A stretch of DNA of 64,000 nucleotides from assembly GCA_002269645.1 (NCBI GenBank), contig NIVC01002743.1, positions 1 through 64,000 of the forward strand, in the 5' to 3' direction. The stretch is from Macrostomum lignano (Eukaryota). The translations under genes were made by a program, and so were the position numbers. The notes under the pieces were generated by a model. The model saw only the letters and a program-made list of their open reading frames with translations. It did no database searches and was not told where the DNA came from. Positions 1 to 12,139 of the stretch are shown here, in pieces; positions within the stretch are counted from its first letter, which is position 1, and every line of letters starts with the position of its first letter.

Positions 1-15
1 CACCATAACTTGCAG

Positions 16-330
16 ATGCAGCAGCAGCCGCAACAACAGCAGGGCAACGGAGCCTACGGCAATCCGCAAATGCACCAGCAGCACCAGCAGGCGCCGCCGC
101 CGCAGGCTGGCGCTGGCGGCTACGCCGGGCCCTACGGGAACCCCGCCTACGGCAACCAGCAGCAGATGCCGCCGCAGCAGCAGCAGCACATGATGATGGC
201 CATGCAGCAGCAGCAGCGCCAGGAGCAGCCGTGGATGCAGAGGCCAACGGTGCCAAACTGTCCATCGGGTCTGGAGTACCTCACCAGCTGGACCAGCTGC
301 TCATCAAGCAGAAGAAGGAGTTCTTTGAGA
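16..330 (+). CDS. PLSCR: Phospholipid scramblase exon 1 (Gln/Pro/Gly-rich N-terminus to ..PSGLEYLT[Q]LDQLLIKQKKEFFE); 1-nt frameshift near 284
   Basis: ttgcag|ATG at 16 (an upstream exon outside the window is possible). The scramblase motif CPxGLEYLxQLDQLLxxQ is restored by adding one C (ACC [C]AG). Donor GTGAGT at 331. Confidence 0.88.
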
Positions 331-376
331 GTGAGTCTGTTTGCGAATCTGTTCAATGGATTTTAGAGGTCTTTGG

Positions 377-683
377 CACCAGGGGCATCAGCACCAGGGG
401 CTTTAGCACCAGGGGCTTTAGCACCAGGGGCTTTAGCACCAGGGGCTTTAGCACCAGGGGCGCCAGCACTAAGGGGCGCCAGCACCAGGGGCGCCAGCAC
501 CAAGGGGCGCCAGCACCAGGGGCGCCAGCACCAGGGGCGCCAGCACCAAGGGGCACCAGTACCAGGGGCGCCAGCACCAAGGGGCACCAGTACCAGGGGC
601 GCCAGCACCAGGGGCGCCAGCACCAGGGGCGCCAGCACCAGGGGCGCCAGCACCAGGGGCACCAGCACCAGGGGCGCCAGTAC
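377..683. repeat. 15-bp minisatellite (CACCAGGGGCGCCAG)n in scramblase intron 1
   Basis: Direct inspection. Confidence 0.95.
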
Positions 684-1473
684 TAAGGCTTTATGATAAG
701 AGTGCCACCATACTCTTTTGCCGGCCGAGGCCCCTTGTCCATCCTCATAGCAACATACGCCCCTGCTTCGTGTACTTAAAAATATTTTGACAAATTAAAA
801 CTACTAACAGTAGCGTGACATAATGCGTGCGATGCAAAGCGAGTGAGATTAGTGAGTTCACCGACATGTACTATCACCCTGTTAACAGTAGGATTACGAA
901 CTACATGGGGGATTTCCACCCCGTGACAATTTTGGACAAATTTTTGTTGTGCAACTTCTCGAACAAAGAGTCAGGTCGCCAGCCCTCCGCGACCGTCGAG
1001 ATATTCAATAATTATGCAGAAGGTCGGATTCTCCCATAAGCGTTAGTGCATTCAGTACACCCCTGTGCGCTTCAGTGCAGCCAAGGCTCCAAATTTCAAC
1101 AGTCCGTCAAGCACATGCCTGCATCAGCTCTGACTTCGTTGTCACTAGCCTTCACCCAGGCGGAGCTTCGGGACCTTCAACAGTTGGCTCCAGGTGACTA
1201 TGGACACCCTTCTGCGAATTTATCGAGTTTCGCTGAGCAAGCCTCGACATTGGGCAAGCCTCAACTGCTGGGCATCCTCAGCGAGTCTCTCAAACATTCC
1301 GTCATCACCCCGACACCATCGGCTCCTTTAACAGATGGCACCAGATGACTGTGGGAAAAAATTGTCAGGGGGAATTCCCCCTCTCCTTGGTAGTTCCACT
1401 GGAACGCGTAAAGTCCACAATATGACTTTGTGTCTTACTTGCTGAATGCAAAACGAATCTATTTCAATTCCAG

Positions 1474-1551
1474 TGATGTCCGGCTTTGAAATGCAGAACA
1501 AATACGTGGTGCAGAATTCGGTTGGTCAGCGCGTCTACTATGCCAAGGAGT
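1474..1551 (+). CDS. PLSCR: Phospholipid scramblase exon 2 (MMSGFEMQNKYVVQNSVGQRVYYAKE)
   Basis: ttccag| acceptor and |gtgagt donor, phase 1 to 1. Matches the scramblase GFETxNKYxxxNSxGQxVYxAxE segment. Not present in the ORF track. Confidence 0.9.
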
Positions 1552-1918
1552 GTGAGTTTTTGTTTTTTTCTACAGCTCACGAAATTGGGATTTAGTATTT
1601 TATATTGGTATAACTGATTTACGAGCGTAGATGACGCATTGTCGAGTTTAGCCTTAAACAAATAAAACTACGAATTGGCCAGCCAATCAGAAACGAGAAT
1701 GCGGGTTAATGGTTTTTAACGTCCTTTGATGACGTCACTAGCGTCCAATGGCTGGTAAACACTTCGAAATCAGCATCGTTTGTACTACATGTACATGTAA
1801 ATACTAAAAGTAATGAGTTCTAAATTGTGCTTAAAATTTAATTTTAGAACAAAAATACACTAAAGGAGATAGGCACGGCCAGAATTCTTATTTGATTTTT
1901 GTTTGTGAGTATGAATTC

Positions 1919-2360
1919 GTCAAGGTCACATTGATTGGATTCCACTCATCAAGGTCACATTGATTGGATTTCCACTCATCAAGGTCACATTGATTGGATT
2001 TCCACTCATCAATGTAACATTGATAGGATTTCCATTCATCAAGGTCACATAGATCGGATTTCCACTCATCAAGGTCATATTGACAGGATTTCCACTCATC
2101 AAGGTCAATTGGATTGGATTTCTATCCATCAAGGTTGCTTCAATCGGATTTACACTCATCAAGGTCACATTGATTGGATTTCCACTCATCAAGGTCACAT
2201 TGATTGGATTTCCACTCATCAAGGTCACATTGACCGGATTTCCACTCATCAAGGTCACATTGACCGGATTTCCACTCATCAAGGTCACATTGATCGGATT
2301 TCCACTCATCAAGGTCACATTGATCGGATTTCCACTCATCAAGGTCACATTGATCGGATT
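1919..2360. repeat. 30-bp minisatellite (TCAAGGTCACATTGATTGGATTTCCACTCA)n in scramblase intron 2
   Basis: About 15 copies. Confidence 0.95.
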
Positions 2361-2546
2361 TTTTAATTGATCTTTGGTAGTCCAGACTATAAGCAATAAC
2401 TCAGTTTATTGTTGCAAGCCTGAGCCTGAATAGTATAGTTTTTTATGTTTTATAATTTTTACACTCGTACATCTTCTTACTGTCAGTGGTCCTTGGCAAC
2501 CAGATAAAAGCTTACCCCACTTACACATGCCATCGACCCAACACAG

Positions 2547-2872
2547 CCTCGGATACGTGCGTTCGTCAGTGCTGCGGTCCGCAGCGACCCTTCGAGCTGG
2601 CCATCGAGGACAACTTCGGCACCGAGGTGATCCACGTTAGCCGGCCCTACAAGTGCATGTGCTACCACCAGGTGTGCTCCTGCTTCAAGTTCTGCTTTGA
2701 CGAAGTCACGGTTGAGGCCCCGCCCGGTAACAAGGTCGGCAAGGTGGTGCAGGTGTACGGCTCCTGCCAGGCCATGTACCACATCTGCGACGAGAACGAT
2801 GAAACCGTGCTTGTGATTGACGGGCCATCCTACATGAAGTGCTACTGCCCTGGAGACGACATTCCGTTTAGG
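2547..2872 (+). CDS. PLSCR: Phospholipid scramblase exon 3 (SSDTCVRQCCGPQRPF...EAPPG...CYCPGDDIPFR)
   Basis: acacag| acceptor, AGG|gtgagt donor. Contains the RxCCGPxRPF and APPG scramblase motifs (ORF 2486..2938). Confidence 0.92.
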
Positions 2873-2984
2873 GTGAGTGCAGCTAGCTATCATTCGTTTA
2901 CCAATGACTCACTTTTCATCACTCAATGTGTTAGTTAGGTTAGGGTTTCCCTCATCAAGATCATTAGTATTTGGACTTCACCCT

Positions 2985-3270
2985 TCATAGTTGGATTTCC
3001 ACTCCTCAAGGTCACTTCAGTTAGATTTCCACTCCTCAAGGTCACTTCAGTTGGATTCGCTCCTCAAGGTCACTTCAGGTCGGATTTCCACTCCCCAAGG
3101 TCACTTCAGTTGGATTTCCACTCCTCAAGGTCACTTCAGTTGGATTTCCGCTCCTCAAGGTCACTACACTTGGATTTCCACTCCTCAAGGTCACTTCAGT
3201 TGGATTTCCGCTCCTCAAGGTCACTTCAGGTCAGATTTCCACTCCCCAAGGTCACTTGAGTTGGATTTCT
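2985..3270. repeat. 30-bp minisatellite (TCAAGGTCACTTCAGTTGGATTTCCACTCC)n in scramblase intron 3
   Basis: About 9 copies, related to the intron-2 unit. Confidence 0.95.
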
Positions 3271-3384
3271 GTGCTTTTTGAAAATCGGGGTCAGTTCAGT
3301 TGGATTCCCAATTAAAGTACAAGTGTACTTTTCTAACACTCTGAACAAATCTATAAATGATTTGCTTACCTCACCCCCGCACAG

Positions 3385-3545
3385 CTGATGTCGAAAGACG
3401 GCAGCAACGAGATCGGGCGCGTGTCCAAGCAGTGGAGCAACCTGCTGCAGGAATATTTCACCGATGCCGACAATTTCGGTATCACTTTTCCGCGCGACCT
3501 CGACGTCAAGGCCAAGACTGTCATTCTGGCGCCTGCTTTCTGATC
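3385..3545 (+). CDS. PLSCR: Phospholipid scramblase exon 4 (LMSKDGSNEIGRVSKQWSNLLQEYFTDADNFGITFPRDLDVKAKTVIL[G]ACFLI); 1-nt frameshift near 3528
   Basis: Motif FTDADNFGIxFPxDLDV. One missing G (CTG G[G]C GCC) restores GACFLI and phase 0 at the donor gtaag (3546). Confidence 0.92.
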
Positions 3546-3789
3546 GTAAGTGCTTGGAGCAACAGAGAATGTACATGCCTGACGAATAGACAGTCAGGGC
3601 CACTTTACACCCTGTGTGAGCGTGTGCGTGAGTGCGTGGCTGCTTACAGTATGGCGCGCTTGTGTGCTTTCAGGAGTTAACGTAATGGGCTCTGTACTTT
3701 TAGATATTATTGAACTCCCCTTATCTACCCCCTTCCCCAAATTCGATTCTCATTGGCTAAGCAGCTGAGCATCTTCACTCCACTTCCAG

Positions 3790-3831
3790 GACTTCATGTT
3801 CTTCGAACGTCAAGGTCGACAACACCACTGA
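3790..3831 (+). CDS. PLSCR: Phospholipid scramblase exon 5 (DFMFFERQGRQHH*)
   Basis: ttccag|GAC TTC ATG TTC TTC GAA gives the canonical DFMFFE C-terminus, then TGA. Confidence 0.92.
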   Translation, partial: DFMFFERQGRQHH

Positions 3832-4289
3832 GTCGGCGGCGGTCTGGGGACTTGGCCAGACTACTAAGATAACAATGTGCTTGATAGGAAGCCTGTCTGA
3901 ACCAGATTCCATCGCATAAATGCTATAAATTAATAATAATATTTTTTGGGTTGAAGCGCTCTTTTATTTTACCTGATGTCAACAACTATTACACAATATA
4001 TTTATTTTTGAGTAGCGAGTTTTCGATGCTATTACCCTTATTAATTTTTTACCCATTTTCTGGATGTACCAGTTGCTAAGAGTTACTGTTGAGTTTACCG
4101 TTCAACTTATTGAATGCGTGCTGTGAACTGGACATCTACAGTTCCTTTTTGCCCTGGATAATCTGAACCTTCTATGACCTTTATGACGCTGTCATTTCTG
4201 TAATGTTTATTTCTGAAAGAATCTCAATGCGGATTTTTATATTTTCCACTTTTGAACTTTAAAACCTTAAAGATGTGATGATACCCATA

Positions 4290-4870
4290 ATCTTGGCATC
4301 ATTTGGCGCCACTATCTGGTTATCACTTGGCGCCACAATTTGGGTATCGTTTGGCGCCACTATCTGGTTAACACTTGGCGCCACAATTTGGGTATCATTT
4401 GGCGCCACAATCTGGGTGTCTTTTCACGCCACAATCTAAATATCATTTGGCGCCACAATCTGGGTATCATTTTGTGCCACAATCTGAATAGTATTTGGCG
4501 CCACAATATAAATATCGTTAGGCGCCACAATCTGGGTATCATTTGGCGCCACAATCTGGGTGTCTTTTCACGCCACAATATAAATATCATTTGGCGCCAC
4601 AATCTGGGTATCATTTGGCGCCACAATCTGGGTGTCTTTTCACGCCACAATCTAAATATCATTTGGCGCCACAATCTGGGTATCATTTTGTGCCACAATC
4701 TGAATAGTATTTGGCGCCACAATATAAATATCGTTAGGCGCCACAATCTGGTTAACACTTGGCGCCACAATTTGGGTATCATTTGGCGCCATAATCTGGG
4801 TGTCTTTTCACGCCACAATCTACGAGTAAATATCATTTGGCGTCATAATCTGCAAAACGTTTGGCGCCAT
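4290..4870. repeat. 24-bp minisatellite (TTTGGCGCCACAATCTGGGTATCA)n with higher-order variants
   Basis: Direct inspection. Confidence 0.95.
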
Positions 4871-5235
4871 TTAACTTAAATAAAATATTTTAATTAAAAT
4901 TTTCCTAACCTTTTGCAGACGATGATTTTAAGTTGTAATTCTGACGCCGTTAAAAACTACTTAATTACAAACTAAGTTTGTCCAGATAATCTCTGATCAG
5001 TCTGTTACTGCCACAATAACTATCCACTGTCTAGTTTACTTATGCGCTCTTTTTGCAAAACTATAAAAAATTAAGTACATTTATGTACGATTGTCTCATG
5101 TTAAAGCCATTGCGTACAAATTTTATATAAGCCCTCTTAATTGATTCATACGTGTACATTTAAAGTGTACAATGTACAATGTACAATTTAAAGTACATTG
5201 TGTCTAAAGTGCATTGTATATGTGACATTGGTTAC

Positions 5236-8200
5236 TGAAGATTGATACCGGTTTGATGAGGATTGATACCGGTTTGAAGAAGATTGATACCGGTTTGATG
5301 AGGATTGATACCGGTTTGATGAAGATTGATACCGGTTTGATGAGGATTGACACCGGTTTGATGAAGATTGACACCGGTTTGATGAAGATTGATACCGGTT
5401 TGATGAAGATTGATACCGGTTTGATGAGGATTGATACCGGTTTGATGAAGATTGATACCGGTTTGATGAAGATTGACACCGTTTTGATGAAGATTGACAC
5501 CGGTTTGATGAAGATTGATACCGGTTTGATGAAGATTGATACCGGTTTGATGAAGATTGACACCGGTTTGATGAGGATTGATACCGGTTTGATGAGGATT
5601 GATACCGGTTTGATGAGAATTGACACCGGTTTGATGAGGATTGACACCAGTTTGATGAGGATTGATACCGGTTTGATGAGGATTGACACCGGTTTGATGA
5701 GGATTGACAGCGGTTTGATGAGGATTGATACCGGTTTGATGAGGATTGATACCGGTTTGATGAGGATTGATACCGGTTTGATGAAGATTGACACCGGTTT
5801 GATGAAGATTGATACCGGTTTGAAGAAGATTGACACCGGTTTGAAGAAGATTGACACCGGTTTGATGAAGATTGATACCGGTTTGAAGAAGATTGACACC
5901 GGTTTGATGAAGATTGATACCGGTTTGATGAAGATTGATACCGGTTTGATGAGGATTGATACCGGTTTGATGAAGATTGACACCGGTTTCATGAAGATTG
6001 ATACCGGTTTGATAAAGATTGATACCGGTTTGATGAAGATTGATACCAGTTTGATGAGGATTGACACCGGTTTGATGAGGATTGATACCGGTTTGATGAA
6101 GATTGACACCAGTTTGATGAATATTGATACCGGTTTGATGAGGATTGACACCGGTTTGATGAAGATTGACACCGGTTTGAAGAAGATTGACACCGGTTTG
6201 AAGAAGATTGACACCGGTTTGAAGAAGATTGACACCGGTTTGATGAGGATTGACACCGGTTTGATGAGGATTGATACCGGTTTTATGAAGATTGACACCG
6301 GTTTGATGAAGATTGACACCGGTTTGATGAAGATTGATACCGGTTTGATGAGGATTGATACCGGTTTGATGAAGATTGATACCGGTTTGAAGAAGATTGA
6401 CACCGGTTTGAAGAAGATTGATACCGGTTTGATGAAGATTGATACCGGTTTGATGAGGATTGATACCGGTTTGATGAAGATTGATACCGGTTTGATGAAG
6501 ATTGACACCGGTTTGATGAAGATTGATACCGGTTTGATGAAGATTGATACCGGTTTGATGAAGATTGATACCGGTTTCATGAAGATTGATACCGGTTTGA
6601 TGAAGATTGATACCGGTTTGATGAGGATTGACACCGGTTTGATGAAGATTGACACCGGTTTGATGAGGATTGACACCGGTTTGATGAAGATTGATACCGG
6701 TTTGATGAAGATTAATACCGGTTTGATGAAGATTGATACCGGTTTGATGAGGATTGATACCGGTTTGATGAAGATTGACACCGGTTTGAAGAAGATTGAT
6801 ACCGGTTTGATGAAGATTGATACCGGTTTGATGAAGATTGATACCGGTTTGATGAGGATTGACACCGGTTTGATGAAGATTGACACCGGTTTGATGAGGA
6901 TTGACACCGGTTTGATGAAGATTGATACCGGTTTGATGAAGATTGATACCGGTTTGATGAAGATTGATACCGGTTTGATGAAGATTGATACCGGTTTGAT
7001 GAGGATTGATACCGGTTTGATGAAGATTGACACCGGTTTGAAGAAGATTGACACCGGTTTGATGAAGATTGATACCGGTTTGAAGAAGATTGACGCCGGT
7101 TTGATGAAGATTGATACCGGTTTGATGAAGATTGACACCGGTTTGATGAAGATTGATACCGGTTTGATGAAGATTGATACCGGTTTGATGAAGATTGATA
7201 CCGGTTTGATGAGGATTGACACCGGTTTGATGAGGATTGACACCGGTTTGAAGAAGATTGACACCGGTTTGAAGAAGATTGATACCGGTTTGATGAAGAT
7301 TGATACCGGTTTGATGAGGATTGACACCGGTTTGATGAAGATTGATACCGGTTTGATGAGGATTGATACCGGTTTGATGAAGATTGACACCGGTTTGATG
7401 AAGATTGATACCGGTTTGATGAGGATTGATACCGGTTTGATGAGGATTGATACCGGTTTGATGAAGATTGACACCGGTTTGATGAAGATTGATACCGGTT
7501 TGATGAGGATTGACACCGGTTTGATGAAGATTGACACCGGTTTGAAGAAGATTGACACCGGTTTGAAGAAGATTGACACCGGTTTGATGAGGATTGACAC
7601 CGGTTTGAAGAAGATTGATACCGGTTTGATGAGGATTGATACCGGTTTGATGAAGATTGACACCGGTTTGATGAAGATTGATACCGGTTTGATGAGGATT
7701 GATACCGGTTTGATGAGGATTGATACCGGTTTGATGAAGATTGACACCGGTTTGATGAAGATTGATACCGGTTTGATGAGGATTGACACCGGTTTGATGA
7801 AGATTGACACCGGTTTGAAGAAGATTGACACCGGTTTGAAGAAGATTGACACCGGTTTGATGAGGATTGACACCGGTTTGAAGAAGATTGATACCGGTTT
7901 GATGAGGATTGATACCGGTTTGATGAAGATTGACACCGGTTTGATGAAGATTGATACCGGTTTGATGAGGATTGATACCGGTTTGATGAAGATTGACACC
8001 GGTTTGAAGAAGATTGACACCGGTTTGAAGAAGATTGACACCGGTTTGAAGAAGATTGACACCGGTTTGATGAGGATTGACACCGGTTTGATGAGGATTG
8101 ATACCGGTTTGATGAAGATTGACACCGGTTTGATGAAGATGACACCGGTTTGATGAAGATTGATACCGGTTTGAAGAAGATTGATACCGGTTTGATGAAG

Positions 8201-8797
8201 ATTGATACCGGTTTGATGAAGATTGATACCGGTTTGATGAGGATTGACACCGGTTTGATGAGGATTGACACCGGTTTGATGAGGATTGACACCGGTTTGA
8301 TGAAGATTGATACCGGTTTGATGAAGATTGATACCGGTTTGATGAAGATTGATACCGGTTTGATGAAGATTGATACCGGTTTGATGAGGATTGATACCGG
8401 TTTGATGAAGATTGACACCGGTTTGAAGAAGATTGATACCGGTTTGATGAACATTGATACCGGTTTGATGAAGATTGACACCGGTTTGATGAAGATTGAT
8501 ACCGGTTTGATGAAGATTGACACCGGTTTGATGAAGATTGACACCGGTTTGATGAAGATTGATACCGGTTTGATGAAGATTGACACCGGTTTGATGAAGA
8601 TTGACACCGGTTTGATGAAGATTGATACCGGTTTGATGAAGATTGATACCGGTTTGATGAAGATTGATACCGGTTTGATGAAGATTGATACCGGTTTGAT
8701 GAAGATTGATACCGGTTTGATGAAGATTGACACCGGTTTGATGAAGATTGATACCGGTTTGATGAAGATTGATACCGGTTTGATGAAGATTGATACT
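5236..8797. repeat. 21-bp minisatellite (GAAGATTGAYACCGGTTTGAT)n, about 170 copies
   Basis: Direct inspection; it is the source of the 600-1200 aa pseudo-ORFs. Confidence 0.98.
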
Positions 8798-9338
8798 CCA
8801 GGGAGAGATTAAAGTACATTTTACTACATAATGCACTCTAGCAGGATTCAGAGGTTGAACTTTACTACATGAAATCACTTGACTTTGTTACCATAAAAAA
8901 TTACAACAAAATCTGCAAATGCCTCGCAGTCAAAAGCAGTCAAGGAGCGCAACAAAAATTCTAGCCTAATGTCAGTCTAAAGGGACCAACAGAGCAAAGC
9001 TAGAAGAGAGAGGTGAAGGGGTTATCGCAGCCTTCTACCCCAGAGTGGACGCTACTTCAATGCCACAATGTGGCTAGTGTGATAGAAGATACCATTGGAC
9101 GGAATCAGCCACTGATTCATTGTGACCCTCTATGCTAAAAGAAGGAATCTGGACCCAATGCACCCGTAGCCCTGCCCCGTACAAAGCTGGTCAGGGAAGT
9201 TGCAAAAATGAAAAGGGAGCCGAAAACGGGGATAGAAAACAGTGTTGCACCACCTGATCCTGGATACAGACTACCAGACTGAGGCGTCGCATTCTGGTTA
9301 GAGCGAACTGGAAACTGAAATCTTGATTTGATTAAATT

Positions 9339-9416
9339 ATGAGTCAGACTGCACCCTTCATCTACCTGTTGAGGCTGGCCGCTTCTGTCGCAGTCGCCGC
9401 TGCAGCTTTTACTGAC
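9339..9416 (+). CDS. Argos-like secreted protein exon 1 (signal peptide MSQTAPFIYLLRLAASVAVAAAAFTD)
   Basis: ATG, hydrophobic Ala/Val/Leu stretch and a perfect donor GTAAGT at 9417. Phase 0 joins exon 2. Confidence 0.7.
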
Positions 9417-9420
9417 GTAA

Positions 9421-10455
9421 GTTCCATCGGGCGTCATGCTGTGGTCATGGGTTCTATCGGGTGTCATATTGTGGTCATGGGTTCTATCGGGTGTCATGCT
9501 ATGGTCATGGGTTCTATCGGGTGTCAGGCTATGGTCATGGGTTCCATCGGGTGTCATATTGTGGTCATGGGTTCTATCGGGTGTCATGCTATGGTCATGG
9601 GTTCTATCGGGTGTCAGGCTATGGTCATGGGTTCCATCGGGTGTCATATTGTGGTCATGGGTTCTATCGGGTGTCATGCTATGGTCATGGGTTCTATCGG
9701 GTGTCATGCTATGGTCATGGGTTCCATCGGGTGTCATATTGTGGTCATGGGTTCTATCTGGTGTCATGCTGTGGTCATGGGTTCTATCGGGTGTCATATT
9801 GTGGTCATGGGTTCTATCGGGTGTCATATTGTGGTCATGGGTTCTATCGGGTGTCATATTGTGGTCATGGGTTCTATCGGGTGTCATGCTGTGGTCATGG
9901 GTTCTATTGGATGTCATGCTATGGTCATGGGTTCTATCGGGTGTCATGCTGTGGTCATGGGTTCTATCGGGTGTCATGCTGTGGTCATCTGTTCTATGCG
10001 GTGTCATGCTGTGGTCATGGGTTCTATTGGGTGTCATACTGTGGTCATGGGTTCTATCGGGTGTCATATTGTGGTCATGGGTTCTATTGGATGTCATGCT
10101 ATGGTCATGGGTTCTATCGGGTGTCATGCTATGGTCATGGGTTCTATCGGTGTCATGCTATGGTCATGGGTTCTTTCGGGTGTCATGCTGTGGTCATCTG
10201 TTCTATGCGGTGTCATGCTGTGGTCATGGGTTCTATTGGGTGTCATACTGTGGTCATGGGTTCTATCGGGTGTCATATTGTGGTCATGGGTTCTATTGGG
10301 TGTCATGCTGTGGTCATCTGTTCTATGCGGTGTCATGCTGTGGTCATGGGTTCTATTGGGTGTCATGCTATGGTCATGGGTCCCATCGGGTGTCATATTG
10401 TGGTCATGGGTTCTATTGGGTGTCATGCTGTGGTCATCTGTTCTATGCGGTGTCA
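9421..10455. repeat. 30-bp minisatellite (GTCATGCTGTGGTCATGGGTTCTATCGGGT)n filling Argos-like intron 1
   Basis: About 34 copies. Confidence 0.97.
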
Positions 10456-10479
10456 GTTATTGCCTTGCTCCAACCGCAG

Positions 10480-10672
10480 CCGAGCGGTATGCGGTGCCCC
10501 TGCGCATACCTGGAGCGCGGCGGATTTTGGGACTCCCCGACGGCCGTCAGTCTGGGCGTCTCCGACCGGGTGTACAGGGAGAGACGGTGCAGCTGCCAGC
10601 ACGAGGTCAACTGCGACTGGAGCTGGATAACCACCGACAAATCCATCACACTGACCTGGCTGGGATCTGAGG
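10480..10672 (+). CDS. Argos-like secreted protein exon 2 (PSGMRCPC...[13 protein letters not shown]...[12 protein letters not shown])
   Basis: GC-rich unique island between two satellites, ccgcag| and |gtgaga, phase 0 to 1, 5 Cys. Confidence 0.78.
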
Positions 10673-10675
10673 GTG

Positions 10676-11217
<542 letters not shown>

Positions 11218-11235
11218 CTCAACGCCAACCCGCAG

Positions 11236-11492
11236 ACATCCGAGACAGTGAAATTCAGCTGCAGTTCTGCGCTCCGATTTTCCGGCCCGGCGCCCCGTTC
11301 TGCCCGACCAGCGGCGGTGGCGCCTTCGCGCTGCGCCAGACGGGCTGGTGGATCGACCTGCACGAGGCGCCCCGGTGCCGCTGCGCGGCCGAGACCGGGC
11401 CGGCCAGCATTCGGAGATTTCGCTACGCCGAGCCGCTGGAGATGGGAGAGAGGCTGCGCAACCAGATTGTGGAGTTCGCCTGCGGCAGGATG
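11236..11492 (+). CDS. Argos-like secreted protein exon 3 ([14 protein letters not shown]...PFC...PRCRC...EFACGRM)
   Basis: ccgcag| and |gtgagc, phase 1 to 0, open frame, 5 Cys. Confidence 0.78.
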
Positions 11493-11664
11493 GTGAGCTG
11501 ATGAGGACTGATCCCTGGTTCTAAATTTGTAGTTCCAATTCGGTCAAATCATTTCCTTAATCCCAATCTGAATTTGCATTTCCAATGAAGAGCTTGCAAT
11601 CTGAATTCCAAAGTTTTCAAAACCAAACAACCTTACGCTCGTTAATCCCGAATCCAGATCCTCT

Positions 11665-11820
11665 ATTCAGATCCCAAATTCAGATCCCCAATTTCGGATC
11701 CCCAATCCAGGTCCCCAATTCAGATCCCCAATTCAGATCCCCAATTCAGGTTTCCAATTCAGATCCCCAATTTAGATCCCCAAACCAGATCCCCAATCCG
11801 ATCCCCCAGTTCAGATCCCA
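11665..11820. repeat. ~13-bp minisatellite (CAGATCCCCAATT)n, Argos-like intron 3
   Basis: Direct inspection. Confidence 0.9.
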
Positions 11821-11835
11821 ACTTTGTGCCCGCAG

Positions 11836-12084
11836 CCCCCCTGCGACGCGGCCCAGGCCTGCTACGGGGAGTCGCTGAACAAACAGGGCAGACGAACAGG
11901 CGGCCAAGTGTTGTGCACCTGCCCGCCGGACACCTACTGTCCGGTGTACACCGGCCAGGGTGCTCGGACAGTCCCAGCGGATCCGACGCCAGAAACCAGC
12001 AGCAATTCCACGGCCGAGGTAGCAGAGGAGCTGAGCGACACGGGACAGCGCATAGAGCTGCTCTGTGTGACGGCTGGTCCGTGA
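11836..12084 (+). CDS. Argos-like secreted protein exon 4 (PPCDAAQAC...VLCTCPPDTYCP...IELLCVTAGP*)
   Basis: ccgcag| acceptor in phase 0, 6 Cys, TGA stop (ORF 11824..12084). Confidence 0.78.
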   Translation, partial: PPCDAAQACYGESLNKQGRRTGGQVLCTCPPDTYCPVYTGQGARTVPADPTPETSSNSTAEVAEELSDTGQRIELLCVTAGP

Positions 12085-12139
12085 GCTCGGACACTTGGGA
12101 CACTCTGACACATCTATCTATACACCCGGATACATTCAT

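Noticed and set aside
907-1380. Imperfect ~25-bp inverted repeats in scramblase intron 1 (possible MITE)
   Set aside because: The match needs several gaps, and there is no TSD or second copy in the window.
1681-1750. CRE (TGACGTCA, 1730-1737) with flanking CCAAT boxes in scramblase intron 2
   Set aside because: Short motifs like these are expected by chance, and there is no evidence of a promoter here.
16-3831. Scramblase as a pseudogene
   Set aside because: All splice sites and motifs are intact, and both lesions are 1-nt homopolymer losses typical of sequencing error.
5204-8878. Very long ORFs (673-1224 aa) on both strands
   Set aside because: They are translations of a 21-bp tandem repeat that is open in most frames, with no unique domain.
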